A program made the position numbers and the translations under genes. Source: Squalus acanthias (lineage: Eukaryota). From it: a stretch of 64,000 nt of DNA. This document shows positions 49,875 to 62,769 of this stretch, piece after piece; positions within the stretch are counted from its first letter, which is position 1; each line of letters begins with the position of its first letter. The DNA lies in NCBI GenBank assembly GCA_030390025.1, contig CM059432.1, forward strand, positions 153,700,001-153,764,000, given 5' to 3'. Under the pieces are notes generated by a model. That model was given only the letters and a program-made list of their open reading frames with translations. It made no database searches and had not been told where the DNA came from.

Positions 49875-52192
49875 ATCCTCCCTGCATCCAGTCTGTCTAG
49901 CCCTGTCAGAATTTTATATGTTTCAATGAGATCCCCTCTCAATCTTCTAAACTCTAGTGAATACAGGCCTAGTCGACCCAATCTCTCCTCATACGACAGT
50001 CCTGCCATCCCAGGAATCAGTCTGGTGAACCTTTGCTGCACTCCCTCTATGGCAAGTATATCCTTTCTTAGGTAAGGAAACCAAAACTGCGCACAGTACT
50101 CCAGGTGTGGTCTCACCAAGGCCCTGTAAAACTAGTAAGACATCCTTGCTCCTGTACTCAAATCCTCTTGCAATGAAGACCAACATACCATTTGCCTTCG
50201 TAACTGCTTGCTGCAGCTGCATGTTTGCTTTCAGTGATTGGTGTACAAGGACACCCAAGTCCCTCTGTACATCAACATTTCCCAATCTATCACCATTTAA
50301 ATAATACTCTGCCTTTCTGTTTTTCCTACCGAAGTGGATAACTTCACATTTATCCACGTTATACTGCATCTGCCATGTATTTGCCCACTCACTCAACTTG
50401 TCTAAATCGCCTTTAAGCCTCTTTGCATTCTCCTCACAACTTACAATCCCACCTAGTTTCGTGTCGTCAGCAAACTTGGAAATATTACATTTGGTTCCCT
50501 CATCCAAATCATTGATATATATTGTGAATAGCTGGGGCCCAAGCACTGATCCCTGCAGTACCCCACTAGTCACCGTCTGCCACCCCGAAAAAGACCCATT
50601 TATTCCTACTCTCTGTTTCCTGTCTGCTAACGAATTTTCAATCCATGGCAGTATATTACCCCCAATCGTATGTGCTTTAATTTTGCACACTAACCTCTTA
50701 TGTGGGACTTTATCAAAGGCCTTCTGAAAATCAGTCTGGTGAACCTTCGCTGCACTCCCTCTATGGCAAGTATATCCTTTCTTAGGTAAGGAGACCAAAA
50801 CTGCACACAGTACTCCTCTTTATCAATTTTTATCTCATCCAGTATCTCACTACCTCCTCTTTTACTATGACTCTGGCAGCATCTTCTTCCGTGGTGAAGA
50901 CAGATGCAAAGTACTCATTTAGTACCTCAGCCATGCCCTCTGCCTCCATGCGTAGGTCTCCTTTTTGGTCCCTAACGGCCCCGCCCCTCTTCTTATTACC
51001 TGTTTATTATTTATATGCCTATAGAAGACTTTTTAATTTCCTTTTATGTTAGTTGCCATTCTATTCTCATACTCTCTCTTTGCCCCACTTATTTTCTTTT
51101 TCACTTCCCCTCTGAACTTTCTATATTCAGCCTGATTCTCACTTGTATTCTCAACCTGACATCTGTCATACGCGCTCATTTTCTGCTTCATCTTACTCTC
51201 TATCTCTTTCGTCATCCAGGGAGCTCTGGCTTTTGTTGCCCTACCTTTCCCCCTCGTGGGAATGTACCTTGACTGCCCCCGAACTATCTCCTCTTTAAAG
51301 GCAGCCCATTGTTCGATTACAGTTTTGCCTGCCATTCTTTGATTCCAATTTACCCGGGCCAGATCCGTTCTCAACCCACTGAAATTTGCTTTCCTCCAAT
51401 TAAGTATTTTTACTCTAGGTTGCTCCCTGTCCTTTTCCATTGCTAATCTAAACCTTACGATACTATGATCGCTGTTCCCTAAATGTTCCCCTACTGACAC
51501 TTGCTCGACTTGACCCACCTCATTCCCCAGAACCAGATCCTTCCTCGTTGGGCCGGAAACGTACTGATCAAGAAAGTTCTCCTGAACACACTTCAGAAAT
51601 TCTTCCCCCTCTCTACCCTTTACACTATGACTATCCCAGTCTATATTGAAGTCCCCCATTATTACTACTCTATAGTTCTTGCACCTCTCTGTAATTTCAC
51701 TGCAAATTTCATCCTCTATATCTTTCCCACTAGTTGGTGGCCCATAGAATACACCTAGTAGTGCAATGGCACCTCTATTATTTCTTAACTCTAACCAAAT
51801 AGATTCTGTCCTTGACCCCTCCAGGACATCCTCTCTCTCCAGCACTGTAACATGCTCTGTAACCAATACTGCCACCCCACCTCCTTTCTTTCCTTCCCTA
51901 TCTTTCCTGAACACCTTATATCCAGGAATATTTAAAACCCAATCCTGCTCTTTTTTGAGCCAGGTCTCCGTTATTGCCACGACATCATATTCCCAATGTG
52001 GCTATTTGCGCCTGCAGCTCACCAACCTTATTTACCACGTTTTGTGCGTTTATACACATGCACTATTACAAAGGTTTAGCTATCAATGTTACAAAGATAT
52101 AGATACCAGTATGACAAAGTCTATGATTTTAGTATAACTGTGCAATTGCTTTGAGAGTACGGACATTGAAATTCAAACAATCCTTGGATTTA

Positions 52193-52607
52193 AGGGAACG
52201 GTAACATAGTGGTAATGTTACTGGACTAGTAATCCAGAGGCCTGGAAATGATCCGGAGCCAAAAGTTCAAATCCCACCACGGCAGCTGGGGAATTTAAAT
52301 TCAGTTAAATTCCTCTGGAATTAAAAAGCTAGTATCAGTAATGGTAACTACCGGATTGTCGTAAAAACCCATCTGCTTCACTGATGTCCTTTAAGGGAGG
52401 AAATCTGCCATCCTTACCCGGTCTGGCCTATATGTGACTCCAGACCCACAGCAATATGGTTGACACTTAACTGCCCTCTGAAATGGCCTAGCAAGCCACT
52501 CAGTTGTCAAGGCGGCGGCTCACCACCACCTTCTCAAGGGCAATTAGGGATGGGCAATAAATGTTAGCTTTGCCAGCGACGCCCACATCCAATGAATTAA
52601 AAAAAAA
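52193..52607 (+). mobile_element. tRNA-derived SINE, second family, full length
   Basis: A-box-like taacatagtggt, B-box-like agttcaaatccc, 3' gggcaataaatg..cccacatcc and A-tail. Confidence 0.8.
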
Positions 52608-53399
52608 TCAATATTGCTTTCAAACTTGATAGTTCTAACCTGCCAAAATTGAGACTGAGAATAAAATGGAAAAAAACAACAAAATAAACAGTTTATGTAT
52701 TTAAAGTTTTTTTTAACCATCTAGTTTGCCAAATCAATAACAAATCATGTTTGATGGGCTTAAATAACCAACACACTGATTTTGATTTAATAACCTCACT
52801 ACATCATATGCCACAATTCAAATTCTCTTCAAGTCCAGCAGTAGCATTTTTAAAAAGAGAATCAACCCAGGTATACAAGAAAAATCTGGCACATCATTAG
52901 TTTTTTTTCCCTTCTGCAATAAACATTTCAGAACTTTCCTGTGTGCATTGCACTGGGAAATCATTACTCGTTTGCAATGCTAAAATTGGATTGATTAAAT
53001 CTACCTCATGCAAAATACTATACAAGTCACACTCTGCCAACCAACCCTGACATGTGTGGCACTGGAGGAATGATTCCGCACTCCCACGCTCTCAGAAAGG
53101 ACGGCACTCACAAGGGGTACATCATGAGTGCCAGGTCGTGCCCTTCTGCGCGTTAAAATTCAAAGGCGAAAAAAATCATGGGCTAAGTGCGCACAATTTC
53201 CCATGATGTTCTCCCTGTGAGCACTGCTCCCCTAAAAAGTCAACCAACTGGGACAGTCTTTGAGATTCGTTTGCTGCTTTACCCTGGTTCAACTGCTGCT
53301 ATCATTCTTCTGACCATTCTGTATGTCAGTAAACTAACTGATGTTATTCTAACTACATGGAAGGTTTCATGTTTCTTCTCTTTCTGTCAGTTCTAATAT

Positions 53400-55320
53400 T
53401 GAATCTTGGTTCAACCATGTGTGTTGTTCTGCTATCTCTTCTAAAAGTTCTGCCTACTGTACCTCTTCCAAAGTTGAAGTTAACCTATTTGACTCACTTT
53501 TCGCCTTCCAACTCTAATGTCAGTCCTCTCGATAAAGAACATACCTGCCCTGTTCCACTACGGTTGACCATTGTGACCAATATTAAGGTTTCTTCCCATC
53601 AAGTCTGTCAAACCTTCAGCTCTCTGGACTCCAATATGATCTCCAGTCCTGATGGTGTTTTTCCCACCATCTCCAACATGTGTGCATCAAACTACAGCTA
53701 TTTCTTCAGTCTCTCTTCTACCTGTCCACTTTCCTGCTCCTTGGAAATGTGTTTGCATTCACCCTATCTCAAGGGAAGGTGTTGCCCTTTCATTGGTACT
53801 TTCTAAAATGATGGAAGCTGCTGCCAATTCTCAAATTATCCATAAAATTGAAAGTTCAGGCCTAATCCGTGATCTCCAGTATGATTTTTAGCATGACAAT
53901 TGCACTGATCATCTTGTTGCCTGTGTTACACACCTCTGGAACTCTGTCTTTGAACGTCTTAGTAAATTATCTGTCGCTGTTGCCTTTGACAGGTCTAGCA
54001 GCATGCAACTATACACAAGTTACGATCATATAGCCTCTCCCAAAAAATAATTTTCATGGCTATCCACTTTTGTCTCAAATTACTGTATGTTTTGCAGTAG
54101 ATGGCTCATCCTCAAAATCTTCTTTCCATTGATTCAGGGTTTGCCCTTCATGGGTCTGTTCTTTCTTCATATCAATGACCTTCCCGAGTCACCATCAACC
54201 CTGTCCTTTTGGTGAGGATTCCACTCGATATTCATTAAGATTGCACACCTTTAGCACTCGTAAACCTAAAGTTCTTGAAGTCTAAAAGCTGAATCCACAT
54301 CTTGGTCTCCTTCATGTCCTTCAATGGTGCACATAAAATCTGGTTGCTTTCCATTCTTCAATGTCACAGTTTCTTCATTTCTCCCACAAGTTTAAACAAT
54401 AGTTCTCACCTCTTACTTTTGATGACTTTACTCTAGCCCTTCTTTGTCTGTGTCAGTTTGGCTCAGTTATTATCACTCTTGCCTCTGAGTTCGGAGATTG
54501 TGGGTGCAAACCCCACTCCAGGACTTGAACAAATAATCCAAGGCTGAGACTTCAGTACTGAGGGAGTGCTCCATTATCAGAGGTGACATTTTTCAGATGA
54601 GATGTTAAGCTGAAGTGGGCCCATCTGCCTGTTCAGGTGGCTGTAATAGATCCCACCACTGGGATTTCTCCCAGTATCCTGGCCATCCCTCAGCCAACAC
54701 CACAAAAATTAGATTAACTAATAAGTCAGTTATCTCATTTGTTGCTTGTTGGACCTTGTGGGGATTAACGGCTGCATTTCTCTACATAACATGACAACAC
54801 TTCAAAACTAATTAATTGACTGTGAAGTGCTTTGGAAAATCCTGAGGATATGATAATGCCAAATAAATTCAAATTCCTTTTCTTTTTATTGGAATTCCTG
54901 GCCAGCCTATTCCCACTAACATTAAATAAACCTCCTGCATCTCCTCCATTGCCAAAAGTGCTTCCAAAAAGCTCTGTTTGCTCTTGTGCGAGACCGTTCC
55001 CTCAACAACAATTATTAATTCAATACAAAACCCAAATCTGTCTAAGACTTGAATATACTGGCATACTTGGGGAGGCTCTGTTTCTCTATTTTATCAATAT
55101 CGTCAGCGCTCCTTTGTTGTTCTAAGTGTCAAATGTTACATGTTTGTTCTGCCTTCTATATTCTGCTGTTGAAATCAAGACCGATGGTACACTCTTCTAC
55201 TCTTTCTACATATTCTTTCCCAGGACCTCCAAACTATGGAACTCTACCTCCCTTCATCATTCCTTTCTCCTAATATCTTCAGACTTTTAAAACCTAAGCT
55301 TAGTGTCACCTAATCACTAC
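53400..55320 (+). mobile_element. Ancient decayed non-LTR retroelement (clade uncertain), split by a SINE
   Basis: Scattered RT-like remnants (SSPDG, LIRDLQYDF, HLWNS, AFDR, INDL, LWNS). Confidence 0.5.
54453..54890 (+). mobile_element. SacSINE1-like SINE, diverged full-length copy
   Basis: Collinear with 60724-61183. Confidence 0.8.
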
Positions 55321-55386
55321 TTTCATACTAGGAAAACATGGTTGAAGACTGTTCACCACCCAACTTCCCTCCCTGGCCTCCATGTT

Positions 55387-58300
55387 AACATAAGAAGTAG
55401 GAGCAGGAGTCGGCCATATGGCCCCTCGGGCCTGCTCCGCCATTCAATAGGATCATGGCTGATCCGAACCTAGACTCACGTCCACTTCCCTGCCCGCTCC
55501 CCATAACCCTTAATTCCCTTATCAGCTAGGAAACTGTCTATCTCTGTTTTAAATTTATTTAATGTTGCAGCTTTCACAGCTCTCTGAGATAGCAAATTCC
55601 ATAGATTTACTACCCTCTGAGTGAAGAAGTTTCTCATCTCAGTTTTGAAACGGCAGCCCCTTATTCTAAGATTATGCCCCCTAGTTCTAGTCTCACCCAT
55701 CAGTGGAAACATCCTCCTCGCCTCCACCCGATCAAGCCCCCTCACAATCTTATATGTTTCGATAAGATCGCCTCTCATTCTTCTGAATTCCAATGAGTAG
55801 AGGCCCAACCTACTCAACCTTTCCTCATAAGTCAACCCCCTCATCTCCGGAATCAACCGAGTGAACCTTCTCTGAACTGCCTCGAGAGCAAGTATATCTT
55901 TTCTTAAATATGGAAACCAAAACTGCACGCAGTATTCCAGGTGTGGCCTCACCAGTACCCTGTATAAGTGAAGCAAGACTTCCCTGCTTTTATACTCCAT
56001 CCCCCTTGCAACAAAAGCCAAGATTCCATTGGCCTTCCTGATCACCTGCTGTACCTGCATACTAACCTTCTGTGTTTCATGCACCAGGACCCCCAGATCC
56101 CTTTGTACTGTAGCACTTTGCAGTTTCTTTCCATTTAGATAATAACTTGCTCTTTGATTTTTTTCTGCCAAAGTGCATAACCTCACACTTTCCAACATTA
56201 TATTCCATCTGCCAAATTTCCGCCCACTCACTTAGCCTGTCTATGTCCTTTTGCAGGTTTTTTATGTCCTCCTCACTCACTGCTTTTCCTCCCATCTTTG
56301 TATCGTCAGCAAACTTGGATACGTTGCACTTGGTCCCCTCCTCCAAATCGTTAATATAGATTGTAAAGAGTTGGGGTCCCAGCACTGACCCTTGCGGAAC
56401 ACCACTAGTTACTGATTGCCAACCCGAGAATGAACCATTTATCCCAACTCTCTGTTTTCTGTTAGATAGCCAATCTTCCACCCATGCCAGTATATTACCC
56501 CCAATCCCGTGATTTTTTATCTTGTGCAGTAATCTTTTGTGTGGCACCTTATCAAATGCCTTTGGAAGTCCAAATACACCACATCCACTGGTTCCCTTTT
56601 ATCCACCCTGTTTGTTACGTCCTCAAAGAATTCGAGCAAATTTGTCAAGCATGATTTCCCCTTCATAAAACCATGCTGACTCTGTCCGATTAAATTATGC
56701 TTATCCAAATGTCCTGTTACTGCTTCCTTAATAATGGACTCCAACATTTTACCAACCACAGATGTTAGGCTAACTGGTCTATAGTTTCCAGCCTTTTGTC
56801 TACCTCCCTTTTTAAATAAGGGCGTTACATTAGCAGTTTTCCAATCTGCTGGGACCTTTCCCGAATCCAGGGAGTTTTGGAAAATTACCACCAATGCATC
56901 CGCAATCCCTACCGCTGCTTCTCTCAAGACCCTAGGATGTAAGCCATCAGGTCCAGGGGATTTATCCGCCTTAAGTCCCATTATCTTACCGAGTACCATC
57001 TCCTTAGTGATTTTAATCGTGTTTAGCTCCTCCCCCCCCATAGCCCCCTGTTTGTCCAGTGTTGGGATATTTTTAGTATCCTCTACTGTAAAGACTGATA
57101 CAAAATATTTGTTCAGCATATTTGCCATCTCCATGTTCCCCACAACTAATTTCCCGGTCTCGTCCTCTAAGGGACCAACATTCACTTTAGCCACCCTTTT
57201 TCTTTTTATATAACTGTAGAAACTCTTGCTATCTGTTTTTATATTTTTTGCTAGTTTACTTTCATAATCTATCTTCCCCTTCTTAATTAATCTTTTAGTT
57301 ATTCTTTGCTGGCTTTTAAATGCTTCCCAATCTTCTATCCTCCCACTAGATTTGGCTACTTTATATGCCCTTGTTTTCAGTCAGATACTATCCTTTATTA
57401 CTTTACTTAGCCACGGATGGCTGTCTTTTCTTTTACGCCCCTTTTTCCTCAGTGGAATATATTTTTCTTGAAAGTCGTGAAATACCTCCTTGAATGTACA
57501 CCACTGCTCCTGTACCGTCTTACACCTTGATCTATTTTCCCAGTCCACTTTAGTCAACTCTGCTCTCATACCTTCATAGTCTCCTTTATTTAAGCTTAGT
57601 ACGCTGGTTTGAGATCCAACTCTCTCACCCTCCAACTGAATTTGGAATTCAACCATGTTATGGTCACTCATTCCAAGGGGATCCTTTACTAGGACATTTT
57701 TTATTAATCCTGTCTCATTACACAGGACCAGATCTAAGATTGCCTGCCCCCTGGTTGGTTCAGTAACATACTGCTCAAGAAACCCGTCCCTAATGCACTC
57801 TATGAACTCTTCCTCAAGGCTGCCCTGCCCAATTTGATTTGTCCAGTCAATATGAAAGTTAAAATCTCCCATGATTATAGCTGTTCCCTTATTACAAGCC
57901 CCAACTATTTCCTGATTTATACTCCGACCAATAGAGTTACAACTGTTAGGAGGCCTATAGACTACGCCCACTAGTGACTTTTTCCCCTTATTATTCCTTA
58001 TCTCCACCCAAACTGTTTCACTATCCTGATCCTTTGACCCAATATAATTTCTCACTATTGCAGTGATTCCATCTTTTATTAACATAGCCACCCCACCTCC
58101 CTTTCCTTCCTGTCTGTCCTTCCTAATAGTCAAATACCCCTGGATGTTTAGTTCCCAGTCATGGTCACCTCGCAGCCATGTTTCTGGAATGGCCACCAGA
58201 TCATACCCATGTGTAGTTATTTGTACCGTCAACTCGTCTATTTTGTTACGAATGCTGCGTGCATTCAGATAAAGAACTTTTAAACATGTTTTGTGACAAT

Positions 58301-58622
58301 TTATTCCTGCTTTTACCCCCTTTACTACTTTACCTTTATCTTTATATATTCTGTCCCTTCCTGACACGCTCTGGTTTTTAATTTCCCCACTGCTAATTTG
58401 CTCTATTGCCTTCTCCGCTGACATTTTTATTCTTCGCTCTCTTGAAACCTCGCCCCCACTAATTAGTTTAAAGCCCTCTCTACAGCCCTAGTTATTCGAT
58501 TCGCCAGGATTCTAGTCCCAGCACTGGCCAAGTGAAGTCCGTCCCAACGGAACAGCTCTCTCCCATCCCAGTACTGGTGCCAGTGTCCCAAGAAGCAAAA
58601 CCCATTTCTCCCACACCAGTCT
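55387..58622 (-). mobile_element. Long CR1 LINE: ORF1 esterase C-terminus plus near-complete ORF2 (APE + RT), disrupted
   Basis: DGLHL ORF1 end (58463-58622); LNARSI, ETWL, GDFN, SDH; FADD; stop at about 57381 and frameshifts near 56560 and 56160. Confidence 0.95.
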
Positions 58623-58625
58623 TTA

Positions 58626-60130
58626 TATTGTGAACAGTTCTCTTTCAAATACTGTCCCCCTCCCCTTGAAATCTGCCGTCATCACCCCTCTCCTCAAAGT
58701 ACCCACCCTTGACCTCTCTGTCCTTGCAAATTACCGCCCATCTCCAACCTCCCCTTTCCGCTCCAAAGTCCTTGAACATGCTATCACCGCCCATCTTTCT
58801 CGGAACTCCGTGTTTGAATCCCTCCAATCAGGTTTCCGTCCCTACCACAGTACTGAAACGGCTCTTATCAAAGTCACAAATGATATCCTACATGACTGTG
58901 ACCGTGGTAAACTATTCCTCCTCGTCTTTCTCGACTTGTCTGCAGCCTTTGACACGGTTGTCCACACCATCCTCCTCCAAAGCCTCTCCTCCGTCGTCCA
59001 GCTGGGTGGGACAGCACTCGCCTGGTTCCATTCTTATCTATCCAGTTGTAGTCAGCAATGGCTTCTCTTCCTGCTCCCGCACCGTCTATGATTCTACCTC
59101 TGGAGTCCCCCAAGGATCTATCCTTGGCTCCCTCCTATTTTTCATCTACATGCTGCCACTTGGCGACATCATCCGAAAACACATTAGGTTCCGCATGTAC
59201 GCCGATAACACCCAGCTCTACCTCACCACCATCTCTCTCGACCCCTGCACTGTCTCTAAATTGTCAGACTGCTTGTCTAACATCCAGTTCTGGATGAGCA
59301 GAAATTTCCTCCAACCAAATATTGGGAAGACTGAAGCCATTGTCTTCGGTCCCCACCACAAACTCCGTTCCCTAGCCAACGACTCCGTCCCTCTCCCTGG
59401 CAACTGTCTGAGGCTGAACCAGACCGTTCGCAACCTTGGTGTCGTATATGACCCTGAGATTCGGACCACATATCTATACCATCACCAAGACCACCTATTT
59501 CCACCTCCATAACATCACCCAACTCCGCCCTGCCTCAGCTCATCTGCTGCTGAAACCTTCATCCATGCCTTTGTTACCTCTAGATTTGACTATTCCAATG
59601 CACTCCTGGCCGGCCTCCCATATTCCACCCTCCATAAACTTGCGGTCATTCAAAACCCTGCTGTCCGTATCCTAACTCACACCAAGTCCCGTTCACCCAT
59701 CACCCCTATGCTCACTGATCTGCATTGGCTCTCGGTTTGATAACACCTCAATTTTGAAATTCTCAACCTGATTTTCAAATCCCTCCATGGCCTCGCCTCA
59801 TCCTATTTCTGTAGCCTCCGCCAGCCCTGCAACCCGCCAAGATCGCTGCGCTCCTCCAATCTGGCCTCTTGCGCATCTCCTATGTTAATCGCTCCACCAT
59901 TGGCAGCCGTGCTTTCAGCTGTCTAGGCCCTAAACTCCGTAATTCCCTCTCTAAACCTCTCAGCCTCTTTGACTCTCTCTCCTCCTTTAAGACGCTCCTT
60001 AAAACCTACCTCTGTCCTAATATTTCCTTCTGTGGATCAGTGTCAAATTTTGTTTGATAGTCACTCCTGTGAAGCGCCTTGGGACGTTTTACCATGTTAA
60101 AGGCGCTATATAAATACAAGTTGTTGGTTG
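58626..60130 (+). mobile_element. L2 LINE 3' part (RT)
   Basis: ANYRP, QSGFRPYHSTETAL, GVPQGSILG, YADNTQLY; L2 tail. Confidence 0.94.
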
Positions 60131-60322
60131 CTGTTGTTTCGGAAAGCTAGGAACTAACATTTTAAGGACACAAGTCATGGGGAGCAGTCAGCACAGCTTT
60201 TGCAGTAACTGGCAATGCCTTGCAGGCTTTTCGTTTTCATTTTTTTTTAATCAGGGTTGGGCAGAGGAAGTGGAGGCAACAAATATTGAACATGATTTAC
60301 ACTAAAAATATTTCAGCCTCAC

Positions 60323-60408
60323 CTTTTTGTTTCGATTTACGCTAAGGAAGTAGGCACTTTCTGTTCCCACAAACGGTGGGCCCCAGGCTCGAGTGTCATC
60401 ACCAGCAC
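60323..60408 (-). CDS. SUGCT: SUGCT (succinyl-CoA:glutarate CoA-transferase, family III) internal coding exon, 86 nt
   Basis: Minus strand ttggtttcag|GTGCTGGT...AACAAAAAG|gtgagg; encodes (G)[28 protein letters not shown], containing the GDDTR-WGPPF and NRNKK motifs of CaiB/BaiF CoA-transferases. Confidence 0.95.
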
Positions 60409-60723
60409 CTGAAACCAAGGGAATGATTTGATTAACATATTAAAAATTGTAGTTTCTGCTCCCTTTATCACAATTACACTGAAAATCAAATACAAATCTC
60501 TGATGTGGCGTCATCCATAAATACAACTCATCCACTACTTCATGTTCTCCCCACAATCCACTACTGCTTGATCTCCCCACCATTCTATACCCTCTCCCCA
60601 CTCTTTACTGCCTATAACTCCCCTCTTTCTTGCTCCCCTCCTTCACTTCTCTCACTTCTTGCTTTCTCTCACTCCCCTCCTGCCTCATTTTTTGTTTTCT
60701 CTTACTCTCACTCCTCTCACTGT

Positions 60724-61183
60724 GTCAGCCATGGCTCAGTGGTAGCACTCTGGAGTCAGAAGGTTGTGAGTTCAAGCCCCACTCCAGGAACTTGAGCACA
60801 AAATCTAGGATGACAATTCAGTACAGTATTGAGTGAGTGCTGCACTATTGGAGGGGCCGTCTTTCGGATGAGACGTTAAAATGAGACCTCGTCTGCCCTC
60901 TCAGGCAGACGCAAAAGATCCCATGGCACTATTCGAAGAAGAGCAGGGGAGCTCTCTCTGGTGTCCTAGCCAATATTTATCCTTCAACCAACATCACTAA
61001 AAATAGATTATCTGGTCATTATCGCATTGCTGTTTGTGGGACCTTGCTGTGCTCAAATTGGTTGTCACATTTCCTACATTACAATCGTGACTACATTTCA
61101 AAAGTACTTCATTGGCTGTAAAGCATTTTGGGACGTCCCGAGGATGTGCAAGGCACCTTATAAAATGAAAGTTTTTCTTTATT
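60724..61183 (+). mobile_element. SacSINE1-like (DeuSINE) SINE, full length
   Basis: A box tggctcagtggtag, B box gagttcaagccc, central gccgtctttcggatgagacgttaa domain, L2-like tail; family assignment from recalled consensus. Confidence 0.85.
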
Positions 61184-61521
61184 TCTTTCCTCTCCTTCAA
61201 TTCTCTCATTCACACTTTTTGTTCCCTCACTATTCTGTCACCTCTCAGTGGGTCAGGAAGTGCTTGAGGCGAGCAGGCAGATGAGGATGAACTCAGGACG
61301 GTCAAGCAGGCACACCACAAAGTGCTCGGGGTATGCAGGGAAGTCAGGAACCATTCAGGGCAGACCGACTACCAAGCAGACCAGGAAATACCCACGGTGG
61401 CCAGGAGGTGGACAAGCAAGCAATTAGGCCAGATTTGTAAAATAGCTGTCTGGGAACCAGCCGGGCAGAGAAATGGTCAAACGAGGCAGCTGGGAAAGCA
61501 GGAAATCTTTGCAACCCAGTC

Positions 61522-62090
61522 GAACAACAACTTGCATTTATATAGTGCCTTTAACATAGTTAAATGTCCCAAGTTAGTTCACAGGAGCGCAATGAAACAT
61601 TAACACCGAGCCAAAGAAGGACTCATTAGGACAGGTGACCAAAAACTTGGTCAAAGATATAGGTTTTAAGGAATGTCTTAAAGGAGGAGAGTGAAGTGGA
61701 GACCTTTAGGGAGGAAGTTCAGATCTAAGGGCATAGACCGCTGAAGGCACGGCCGCCAATGATAGAGGAGTAGGGGATGCACAAGAGGCCAGAGTTGGAG
61801 GAACGCAGAGTTCTTGGAGGGTTGTAGGGCTGGAAAGGTTACAGAGATAGGGAGAGGTTTGAACACAAGGATGAGAATATTAAAATCGAGGCGTTGGTGG
61901 ATCGGGAGCCAATGTAGGTCAGCGAGCACAGGGGTGATGGGTGAACGAGTTAGGATATGGGCAGCAGAGTTTTGGATGAGCTCAAGTTTACAGATGGGTG
62001 GAAGGTAGGAGGACGGCCAGGAGAGCATTGGAATAGTCAAGTCTGGAGGTAATGAGAGCATGAATGAAAGTTTCAGCAGCAGATGCGCTG
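61522..62090 (-). mobile_element. L2 LINE 3' fragment
   Basis: ITPVLADLHWLP motif and caacaacttgcatttatatag tail. Confidence 0.88.
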
Positions 62091-62769
62091 CCCCCACATC
62101 CCAGCCACCTCGCCCAGAGTCCCTCACAACCCAGCTAGAATTGTTCCTGACAGCCCCTACCCTAAAGTCACTCCCGGTCCACCCTGACACCTATACCATG
62201 TCATTTGCAGCCCGGCATTATCCCCCCAGCCCACCCAAGTGTTTGCCACCCATATTCTTCTCTACCCACTTGTTTTCTGATCAACTGTTGCTGTGGTTCC
62301 ATTCTCCTACTGTACTTACCAACTGTAATTGTGATTACATACCCCGCAGTAATTTAAAAGGTCAGTCCTTGTTTCAGCCAATCACTAATTTTTGCCCTAC
62401 TGACGTACAACGCCCAGAAGTGTGACACGATGGACTCACACTAGATGCAAGACTTTTATTTATAAAGAATACTCTCTCAAGGGATGGATTGTTGTGGTTT
62501 TCTTTGTGCTTCTCATTGCTGGTGATTATTAGAAGTGGTGGCTAAGGCTTTGATAGCTGGGAGTAGCTTGAAAGGGATGTCTGTATACTCGGACAGCACT
62601 GTAACAGTTGAAATTGGCAGGAAAGGCCTCTGGTTCCCATTATGTTTCACATCACTTATTTGTAGAACTTGCACTCGATCCCTTATCACTGTTGTGAATA
62701 AAATCACTGAAAGCTCTGGGTAGAGGAACTACAGGAATGGTCATTTTGGTGGGCAGTATCTTTTCAGGC

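Larger units (their letters stand above)
47345..50815 (-). mobile_element. CR1 LINE 3' part nested in the previous CR1 (47345-47677 and 49875-50815)
   Basis: tagaaacatagaaacat tail and minus-strand RT ORF 49989-50798. Confidence 0.92.
44987..52065 (-). mobile_element. CR1 LINE (pieces 44987-45589, 46369-47340, 50816-52065) with APE endonuclease and RT remnants
   Basis: AITETWL, GGGVA, IMGDFN, SDH endonuclease motifs (51033-51980); FADD RT remnants; tagaatcatagaat tail. Confidence 0.93.

Noticed and set aside
60724..60800. tRNA gene
   Set aside because: tRNA-like head continues into SINE body and tail and recurs in diverged copies.
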